From assembly GCA_017416185.1 (NCBI GenBank), contig JAFQDF010000037.1, forward strand, positions 1 through 64,000: a stretch of DNA of 64,000 bases, given 5' to 3'. A program made the position numbers and the translations under genes. The DNA is from Clostridia bacterium. GTDB lineage: Bacteria > Bacillota > Clostridia > Oscillospirales > CAG-272. This document shows positions 56,810 to 64,000 of this stretch, piece after piece (position 1 is the first letter of the stretch; every line of letters begins with the position of its first letter). The notes under the pieces are model-generated. The model was given only the letters and a program-made list of their open reading frames with translations, had not been told where the DNA came from and made no database searches.

Positions 56810-57478
56810 ATGGGACAAGCAATAGGTCTGATACTATTAATACTCGGCATTGTAGCCCTGACCTTCGTTATCATATACAGCCTTATGCAGATAATGGGCA
56901 AATCAAATGCCGCAAAGATCCTGCAATACGGCAGGGATAGAGAGTATTTTATATACGAAATGCTTACCAATGCCTTTAATAAAGACACCGTTCTTCATAA
57001 CCTATACTTTCCTGTTGTAACAAAGGAAGGAACTTTTGACACCGAAGTTGATATCGTATGTGTTACACGGGGTGGTATTGCCGTAATCGAGGTAAAGGGA
57101 AACAAGGGTATGATACACTGTCCACCCTCTGATACCTGGCGCCAACGTTACGGTAAAAAGGTTCTGCAGTTTAAAAATCCCTATATACAAAATGAAGGTC
57201 ATATCAAAGCTATAAGAAAAGCACTTGAGAAAAAAGGATTAAGCAACGTTCCTATAAAAAATTACGTTGTATTCACAGATATTCATACCCAGTTCAGTCA
57301 TCGTTATCCCTGGCTTATACGCTCTGATAATATCGTGGAAACCCTTGAAAGACTGGATGATAAGCTTATTCTTACCCGTAGGGATCAACGCATTATCGCA
57401 CAGATAATGCGAAATCACAAGCGAAGAAAACATATGACGTTCAAACAAAAAGATAAAAACAGAAGGACAAAAATATGA
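56810..57478 (+). CDS. NERD (nuclease-related domain) protein with an N-terminal TM helix
   Basis: FDTEVDIVCVTRGGIAVIEVKGNKG is the NERD core. It overlaps the dut start (ATGA). Confidence 0.65.
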   Translation: MGQAIGLILLILGIVALTFVIIYSLMQIMGKSNAAKILQYGRDREYFIYEMLTNAFNKDTVLHNLYFPVVTKEGTFDTEVDIVCVTRGGIAVIEVKGNKGMIHCPPSDTWRQRYGKKVLQFKNPYIQNEGHIKAIRKALEKKGLSNVPIKNYVVFTDIHTQFSHRYPWLIRSDNIVETLERLDDKLILTRRDQRIIAQIMRNHKRRKHMTFKQKDKNRRTKI

Positions 57479-57909
57479 AAATACTATTTAAAAAGTTACA
57501 GGAGAAGGCTCACACGCCTACATACGGGTCTCCTTTTTCGGCAGGAGCAGACCTGTATTCGGCAGACGAAACCGTTACTATTGCCCCGGGAGAAAGCAGA
57601 CTTATGCACACGGGTATTGCGGTTGAGATCCCCGTTGGATATGTAGGACTGGTATACGCAAGAAGCGGTCTTGCCTGTAAGCGTGGACTTGCTCCCGCAA
57701 ACAAGGTTGGTGTTATTGATGCCGACTACCGCGGTGAGATAATGGTATGCCTGCATAATCATTCTGACAAAGAACAAACGGTAGAGGCAGGAGAAAGGAT
57801 CGCACAGATGGTCGTTGCTCCCTTCCTCACCTGCGAGTATGAAGAAACCGACGAGCTTTCCGAAACGGTACGCGGCGAAGGCGGGTTTGGTTCTACAGGA
57901 ACAAAATAA
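57475..57909 (+). CDS. dut: dUTP diphosphatase
   Basis: GSPFSAGADLYS ... ARSGLA ... GVIDADYRGEI are the dUTPase motifs. Confidence 0.9.
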   Translation: MKILFKKLQEKAHTPTYGSPFSAGADLYSADETVTIAPGESRLMHTGIAVEIPVGYVGLVYARSGLACKRGLAPANKVGVIDADYRGEIMVCLHNHSDKEQTVEAGERIAQMVVAPFLTCEYEETDELSETVRGEGGFGSTGTK

Positions 57910-60464
57910 TGCAGGATAAAAGATATGATTTGACCTTAGGAGACTGGGGTCCCTATAACAAGCAATATTACGGTGCCTGTAATATAATAGATAAAAAAAA
58001 AGGCTCAACCTTCAACGTTGAGCTTTTTCCCGGTTTTTTCAGAAGAAGTGTCCTTGCGGGCAACTCCAAGAGTGACACAGGTGTTAAGCTCTGGGGCGCA
58101 AATGCGGCTCTCACGAGATTTATATACCGCTACGAGCTTGAATGGAAGGACAGAATATACTGTGATGTAGATTATAACATCACAGAGGATAAGCAGGTGG
58201 ATATTACCTGTACCTTTGTCAACAACACCGAACTTAACCAGTCCCTTGATATCACCTTGGCAGCTTCACTTCAACTTCCCTTAAATATGCCCGGAAGCGA
58301 ATTTGAAGGCTATTATACCTTCTATAAACCCGTATTGCCTGAGGATACTGTTTGTATCGATGCAACAGAGTATACCGACATAAAATGCGGTACAGATATC
58401 GCCCCTGACGGAAAATATCTTGGCGAAGAGGAGCATAACGGTGCTTCGGGCTTAGGTACAGCCATTGACGGATATCACTTCTGCCGTGAAGGACATTTTC
58501 TTAAATATACCGTAGATAAGAGTGCTTCTAAGATAGGCATAAGATATTTCTGTGACACGGACAGCTCTTTAAGAGTGGCTGTAAACGGCAAGGAATACAC
58601 CTTTCCCTGTCCTACAGTAGAAAAGTACACATATTCCGTAACAGATATCGAAGCCGATGATATAAAGGAGCTTATTCTCTACGCCACAGGCGGGGGTGTT
58701 TCGATAGACAGTATATGCATAGGTGATTCGGCAGATAAGGTCGTTTTTGAGGCCGTTCCTCACAACCTCACCCCGGAAAAGGTAATGGGTGAGGATACTA
58801 TGACCCTTAAATACACCGATTTTCCCGACAGATATACCGTAAAGTGGTTTGAGGGTGTACGCCATCAAAGACAGTGTCGCTGTGCCGATATCGGAAAGAT
58901 GCTCCAGCTTACCGTAAACGACCATATTTCCCGTACTGTGCGGGGTCTTGGTGAGGGTATATACGAGGTCGTGCAATCTACTCCCGTATATCTTGCACCA
59001 AACTCCACCGAGGTAAGACACTTCAGAATCTTTAAAGACGAGGAGATAGAACCTGTATACCGTGACGTTGAACACGTAAGCTGTAACAGCGACGGTGAGG
59101 AATACTCTTTCTCGCAGGATATGATGCGTTATAACACGCTTCTCAACGTAGTGTTCCCTATCTATACCCGCCGTCAGTATATAAAACATAACGCTCCCGG
59201 ACGCTTCTGGAATTCTCTTTATTCCTGGGATTCGGGATTTATAGGTATGGGACTTGCCTGCTCTGATTTTCAGAGAGGATATGACTGTCTCAACACTTAT
59301 CTGACACCTGTGGGCGACAGACACTCACCTTATATTTTCCACGGAAGCGTTGTTCCCACACAGGTATTCCTGTACAAGCATCTGGTGGATTCATTCCCCG
59401 AAAAACGTAAGGAACTAAAAGTGCTCTATCCTATGATGAAGCAATACTTTGACTTCTATGCTAACTTAGACAAGGGCAAAGAACAGATGAAGTCGGGTCT
59501 TACCAAGACCTGGCACCTGTCCTACAACTCGGGGGGATGGGATGATTATCCTCCTCAGCATCATTTAAGAGACGCAGGAGATCGCGGAGAAAAGTTTACC
59601 CATACCAATACTACCCCTGTTATAACAACGGCTAATACCGTGCTTATTTCAAAGATAATGAAGCAGATAGCCTCTATAATGGACTTTACAGGGGACATTG
59701 AGTATTATGACAGCGTAGCAGAGCGCTTTGCCGAGGCTATACCACAGACCTGGGATGAGGAGACAGGTTACTTCTCATACATGACACATAACGAAAATGG
59801 TCAGGCGGAGGCTATATTCCGCTACGAGGACGGAACAAACTTCAATATGGGTATGGACGGTGTTACACCCTATATCGCGGATATCTGTACCGAAGAGCAG
59901 GAAAAGGTTATCCTTGATAACATCAAAAACGGTCTTATGACTGATATCGGTGTAGGTGTGGTAGACAAGCGCGCTCCCTATTATTCACCCTACGGGTACT
60001 GGAACGGCTCTGTATGGATGCCCCACCAATGGATACTGTGGAAGGCTCTTATCGACCGAGGCGAAACCGACCTTGCTTTTGAAATAGCGCAAAAAGCCCT
60101 CACGGTTTGGGCTAAAGAGGTGGATGCCTCCTACAACTGCTATGAGAACTTTATGTGCCATAACGGCAGAGGCAGCGGATATCACCATTTCTCGGGACTT
60201 TCCTGTCCTATTTCTCTGTTCTTTGAGACTTATTATACGCCAAATACGGTAACCACAGGATGGTCGTCAACAATAGATGATATCCGATATCATAACGGTA
60301 ATATAACAGAAGTTGATGTTACCGCCTTAAAGGATGATACCCATATTCTTATATGCCTTGATGACAAAAAGGAACACAGCTTCTCTCATAAGGCTGTAAA
60401 GATAACCGATGGTACATATTCGATAACCTTAAGCAAAGGGAATAATATAATAAAGATAAATTAA
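57909..60464 (+). CDS. Cytoplasmic glycoside hydrolase with N-terminal beta-domains and a C-terminal (alpha/alpha)6-barrel. It is GH63/GH78/glycogen-debranching-like; the family is not resolved.
   Basis: No signal peptide. The C-terminal region is aromatic-rich and helical, with acidic catalytic-like motifs (YSWDSGFIGMG, GYWNGSVWMPHQW). It is translationally coupled to dut (TAATG). Confidence 0.4.
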   Translation: MQDKRYDLTLGDWGPYNKQYYGACNIIDKKKGSTFNVELFPGFFRRSVLAGNSKSDTGVKLWGANAALTRFIYRYELEWKDRIYCDVDYNITEDKQVDITCTFVNNTELNQSLDITLAASLQLPLNMPGSEFEGYYTFYKPVLPEDTVCIDATEYTDIKCGTDIAPDGKYLGEEEHNGASGLGTAIDGYHFCREGHFLKYTVDKSASKIGIRYFCDTDSSLRVAVNGKEYTFPCPTVEKYTYSVTDIEADDIKELILYATGGGVSIDSICIGDSADKVVFEAVPHNLTPEKVMGEDTMTLKYTDFPDRYTVKWFEGVRHQRQCRCADIGKMLQLTVNDHISRTVRGLGEGIYEVVQSTPVYLAPNSTEVRHFRIFKDEEIEPVYRDVEHVSCNSDGEEYSFSQDMMRYNTLLNVVFPIYTRRQYIKHNAPGRFWNSLYSWDSGFIGMGLACSDFQRGYDCLNTYLTPVGDRHSPYIFHGSVVPTQVFLYKHLVDSFPEKRKELKVLYPMMKQYFDFYANLDKGKEQMKSGLTKTWHLSYNSGGWDDYPPQHHLRDAGDRGEKFTHTNTTPVITTANTVLISKIMKQIASIMDFTGDIEYYDSVAERFAEAIPQTWDEETGYFSYMTHNENGQAEAIFRYEDGTNFNMGMDGVTPYIADICTEEQEKVILDNIKNGLMTDIGVGVVDKRAPYYSPYGYWNGSVWMPHQWILWKALIDRGETDLAFEIAQKALTVWAKEVDASYNCYENFMCHNGRGSGYHHFSGLSCPISLFFETYYTPNTVTTGWSSTIDDIRYHNGNITEVDVTALKDDTHILICLDDKKEHSFSHKAVKITDGTYSITLSKGNNIIKIN

Positions 60465-60492
60465 AAGAAGGCTTCGATTGAAGCCTTCTTTT
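60465..60492. terminator. Bidirectional terminator (AAAGAAGGCTTC-GATT-GAAGCCTTCTTT)
   Basis: 12-bp stem. Confidence 0.8.
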
Positions 60493-60497
60493 ATTGC

Positions 60498-63400
60498 TTA
60501 TTTGTTTAAATACTGATCGAACATCATCATCATCTGTGCGACCTGTGCTCTCGTTGCGTTACCTCTGGGCTGGAATTCATTGTTACCCATACCGGACACG
60601 ACACCGATAGCCTTGATCGCGTATACCGCATCATATGCCCAGGAGCCTATCTTTGCATCATCTGCAAAGAGGGTATTTTCTGACTCTGCTATTTCAATGC
60701 CCTTATACTTAAGGTAGTTTGTAAGCATCAGACACAGATCCTGACGGGTTATGGTCTTGGTGGGTGCAAAGGTATCGGGAGTCATACCGTTGACTATACC
60801 TCTGTTTGCCGCCCAAGCCATTGCACGGTAGTACCAAGCGGAGGATTTAACGTCTGTGAACTTATCACATTCCTCAGCGGAATAATCCTCACCTGAGTAA
60901 TTTGCAAGAACCATAACGAATTCAGCTCTGGTTATTGCCTTGTTGGGAGCAAAGCTGCCGTCGGGGTTACCCTTGAAGATTCCGCGCTCTGCGGCGTACA
61001 TAACCGCATTGTAGAACCAATGGCTTTCCTTGACGTCGGTGAAGCTGATAGCAAGCTTGAGTCCTGCAAGTGCATCCTCGATAGCCTTTGCCATAGCATC
61101 GACCTCTGCCTGGTGAGTAATGTCAAGGTCGTATACAACTGCTTCAACAGCTGCTGTAAGAGCCGCTATACTGTCCCCAGTATATACCGTTGTGTCAGAA
61201 GGAACCTTTGAGAGTGCTTCGGTTACTGCACTGTAGTCAGCCATTCTCAGGGTCAGACCCTCTGCAGCATTGTTAATGTTAGTTATAGCCTCTCTTATAA
61301 GGTCAGCGCTCTCGGCAGTTTCAAGTAAATTCTCTGCCGCAAGCTTTGCGGATATGAACGTACTCCAGCTGTCCTCGGTATAGTTGCCCTCTTCAAATGC
61401 GGGAAGTGCTTCAAGGATAGCCTTAAGCTCTGCCTTTGCAGCTTCAAGCTCGTAGTCAACTCTGTCTATCTCGGTAAAGAGATATACGGGAGTAACTGTT
61501 ACGTTGCCGCTGCTGTCGGTAAGAGTTGCATAGTAGAGATATTCAACGCCTGCTTCAAGCCCTATAGGAGTAACCTTAAGTGATTCACCCTCGGTTACCG
61601 TAACGGTCTGTGTAAATGCCGTATTGCCGTTTGACAGAGTAAGAGTGCTTGTAGTGAAGCTTCTCGTCTTGTCGCCGTTAAGCGGAATATTGAGGGCATA
61701 CTCGTCACCGTTCTTCTGGTAGAGACCCTCCGTCTCTGCTTCCAATGAGCTTCCTATAGGAGAAAGTGTCTCACCGGTAAGAGGTGAATAGGTGTTGAAG
61801 TAGATAAGATCGTTTTCTACGTCAAACTGTATCATCTTCAAGAACTCGTTACCGCCGTGCTTGACCTTGCCGCTCTCGCCCTGATAGTCCTGAAGGAGAA
61901 CAAAGCTGCCGTTAGGATCCTTATGTACTGCTGTACCGTCAAGGTGTCCGCAGAGTACCATCTTGACGTTGGGATAAACGTCTGTAAGGCGTGTACGGAT
62001 GTTGGTATCGAGTATCTTAGAGTTAGATGCGTAGTTGTGGGTAATTATCATTACCGTATAATCGGGATGAGCCGCTAAGATCTGCTCTGCCCAGGTAAGA
62101 TCAGACTCGGTAAGTCTGTGATTGTATGCAAGGGAGAGGATCATTATCTTTGCGCCGTCTATAGTCTGCTTATACGCCATAGCACGGGTCGTAGTTCCGT
62201 CTGCGGGATCGGGAGCGTAAGCTACCTCCCAGCTACCCTTGTTTTCATCCATACGGGAGGTGGGGAAATAGCTTCTGTAATATCTTGTTTCGTTGGGCTG
62301 ACCGTCATAGGATATATCGTGGTTGCCCCAACAGAAGGTATAGGGTATTCCAGCCTCTTCGAAGATATTGTAGCTTTCGTCAACTACCTTCCAGTTGTAC
62401 TCGTAATTGAGGTTGGTACGGTTGGATACATCCCCTGTGTTGAAGGTGATAACACCCTTCTTTTCAGCAAAGGCATCAGCTATCCACTCGTACTGATGAT
62501 ATACCATATTATCTGCAAACTGAGACAGATACTGAGTATCCGAGTTCCAGAACATAGTGAAATCATACTGATCCTCTGTAGGTATAAAGGAGGTCATATC
62601 AGCAAATTCCTGACCAAGACCGCGGAATATCATAAGGTAAAGTGTGTTGTCTGCTACGTACTGAGCTCCGTTTATCTCGATATTCATTGCAATATCGCCC
62701 GTACCGTCGGAGGAAGTTATCTTAGTCCACTCGCCAAGAGCTGCATCATAAGCATATGCGTGAAGCTCTCTGTCGCTTGTTCCCTGCCAAGCAAATCGCC
62801 AAGCACCGTAGCTTGCCTCCTCGTCGGTAAGAGTAACCTTGAATATCTGGTAGGGGTTTGTTCCGTCCTCTACGGTAGTTGTGAGGTTATCGGTAAATTC
62901 ACTGTAGCTTGCCGCTGTGGGGTCAACGCCTGCAGGAGTCTTGCCCTCTGTACTGCCGACAGCAATGCTTGCGTTGTCAGAGGTAAGAGGAATATACTCG
63001 TTTACATTAACGGTTACGTCGATAAGATCATTCTTGTCGGGTACTGTTTCGACGTAGAGATCATCCTCGTCATCCATACCTATCTCGGGCTGTGCGGGAG
63101 CTTCTTCGTCAAGTGCGGGGATAACAACCGTATCACTTAACGTGTTGCCGTTATTTTCTGCGGTGACGGTGATCTCAAATTCACCTGTGCCGGGGTGAGG
63201 TACTGTGACGTCAAATCTGCCTGCCTTAACGTTGCCAAGCTCAACGTATACGCCGTTGATCTCGGTAGAAAGAAGCGAGTCTTGACTTACTATACCCACT
63301 GCTCTGCCGTCCACGGAAGCAACGGTAAAGCTGAAGCTGTCCTTGTATTCGGGTTCGCCGACTGTAACAGCATCACCGAAATAGTTATCGTATCTGAAGG

Positions 63401-64000
63401 CTTCCCACTGGTTTGTCAGACGGGCGCCGTTTATCTGTACGTCGTAGATGTTACCTGTAAAGGGACGCTCAAGATCCGAATATGCTCCGATAGTGGTCAG
63501 TATATCCGGAGCAAGGAAGGTCGCGTTCTCTATAAGTACGGTCTCCCAGGCAACGCACTTACCGTCAAGGAAGGTCTCGATGGTAAAGCCGTCATAGGAT
63601 ACCGTAATAAGGTGAGGCTGACCGTCTGCGATAAACTCGGTGGTATCGTACCTTTCGGTTACTACCTCGTTTGTACGCCACCATGTTGCACCGTAAAAGC
63701 TGCGGAGCATACCGTCTGTATCAATACCGAGCAGATAAGATCCCATACCGCTGGGATTGCTCCTTTCATACTTGGAAACTATACCCGATCTGTGAGGATC
63801 AGTTCCTGCCTCCATCTGTACAACGGCAGATACCGACAGGTGGTTAAAGTCATCACCGATGCTGCCGTAGGTAAGGGCAGATGCACCGTCGAATATACCT
63901 ACTGCATCACCGTCAGTTACGTCGGTCTTTACATTTCCGTGCATTACTGCATCGGAAATATCTTCAAAATGCTCAACAAGAGCGTAGCTGTCGCCCCATA
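60498..64000 (-). CDS. Large S-layer-anchored protein with LamG/concanavalin-like, calcineurin-like metallophosphoesterase and three C-terminal SLH domains. It is partial; the N-terminus lies beyond the window end.
   Basis: The reading frame stays open upstream of the ORF-track Met to the window edge. GNHD metallophosphatase motif (FCWGNHDISYDG). Three SLH repeats (FTDVKESHWFYNAVMYAAERGIFKG..., FTDVKSSAWYYRAMAWAANRGIVNG..., FADDAKIGSWAYDAVYAIKAIGVVSG...). Confidence 0.7.
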   Translation of the reverse strand, partial: WGDSYALVEHFEDISDAVMHGNVKTDVTDGDAVGIFDGASALTYGSIGDDFNHLSVSAVVQMEAGTDPHRSGIVSKYERSNPSGMGSYLLGIDTDGMLRSFYGATWWRTNEVVTERYDTTEFIADGQPHLITVSYDGFTIETFLDGKCVAWETVLIENATFLAPDILTTIGAYSDLERPFTGNIYDVQINGARLTNQWEAFRYDNYFGDAVTVGEPEYKDSFSFTVASVDGRAVGIVSQDSLLSTEINGVYVELGNVKAGRFDVTVPHPGTGEFEITVTAENNGNTLSDTVVIPALDEEAPAQPEIGMDDEDDLYVETVPDKNDLIDVTVNVNEYIPLTSDNASIAVGSTEGKTPAGVDPTAASYSEFTDNLTTTVEDGTNPYQIFKVTLTDEEASYGAWRFAWQGTSDRELHAYAYDAALGEWTKITSSDGTGDIAMNIEINGAQYVADNTLYLMIFRGLGQEFADMTSFIPTEDQYDFTMFWNSDTQYLSQFADNMVYHQYEWIADAFAEKKGVITFNTGDVSNRTNLNYEYNWKVVDESYNIFEEAGIPYTFCWGNHDISYDGQPNETRYYRSYFPTSRMDENKGSWEVAYAPDPADGTTTRAMAYKQTIDGAKIMILSLAYNHRLTESDLTWAEQILAAHPDYTVMIITHNYASNSKILDTNIRTRLTDVYPNVKMVLCGHLDGTAVHKDPNGSFVLLQDYQGESGKVKHGGNEFLKMIQFDVENDLIYFNTYSPLTGETLSPIGSSLEAETEGLYQKNGDEYALNIPLNGDKTRSFTTSTLTLSNGNTAFTQTVTVTEGESLKVTPIGLEAGVEYLYYATLTDSSGNVTVTPVYLFTEIDRVDYELEAAKAELKAILEALPAFEEGNYTEDSWSTFISAKLAAENLLETAESADLIREAITNINNAAEGLTLRMADYSAVTEALSKVPSDTTVYTGDSIAALTAAVEAVVYDLDITHQAEVDAMAKAIEDALAGLKLAISFTDVKESHWFYNAVMYAAERGIFKGNPDGSFAPNKAITRAEFVMVLANYSGEDYSAEECDKFTDVKSSAWYYRAMAWAANRGIVNGMTPDTFAPTKTITRQDLCLMLTNYLKYKGIEIAESENTLFADDAKIGSWAYDAVYAIKAIGVVSGMGNNEFQPRGNATRAQVAQMMMMFDQYLNK

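Noticed and set aside
1-64000. Prophage, integrative element or IS
   Set aside because: No integrase, transposase, recombinase or phage structural genes are recognisable in any frame. The accessory-looking segments lack flanking direct repeats that I could find by eye.

Overview
This 64-kb window looks like a low-GC Firmicutes (Clostridia) chromosome, probably Ruminococcus-like. That inference rests on AGGAGG ribosome-binding sites, SLH domains, cell-wall-binding repeats, spoVG and an abrB-like gene. The core is a complete S10-spc-alpha ribosomal protein supercluster on the minus strand (rpsJ through rplQ, 18.5-34.4 kb), with secY, adk, map, infA, rpoA and the short rpmJ/rpmD genes that the six-frame ORF track missed. 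Flanking it are envelope and lipid genes: two plsY paralogs around a two-component system and a degV-plsY operon, plus murI, ddl, prmC, pfkA, murC, uppP, ftsK, mltG, an acyl-CoA ligase with ACP, and dut. Five regions are unusual. (1) A cassette at 5.4-10.5 kb has two translationally coupled WYL-domain proteins, a tRNA-like non-coding element, an SPFH/band-7 protein, and a short RtcB RNA ligase that seems coupled to the SPFH protein. No RtcA, RtcR, Ro, archease or PrfH is present. (2) Four tandem paralogous secreted proteins (12.9-18.2 kb) share a Thr/Lys-rich linker and a non-LPXTG C-terminal anchor, have near-identical 3' DNA, and are driven by conserved TGnTATAAT promoters. (3) A four-helix-bundle gene of the 23S-rRNA intervening-sequence-protein type is flanked by inverted arrays of four ~21-bp hairpin repeats. 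(4) A ~36-bp hairpin motif ending in ACAAATCACACG occurs three times, once inside the spc operon in the rpsZ-rpsH spacer. (5) A perfect 16-bp palindrome lies upstream of the pyrophosphatase gene. I found no CRISPR array, integrase or transposase. All calls come from reading the sequence and ORF translations by eye; I ran no database searches.
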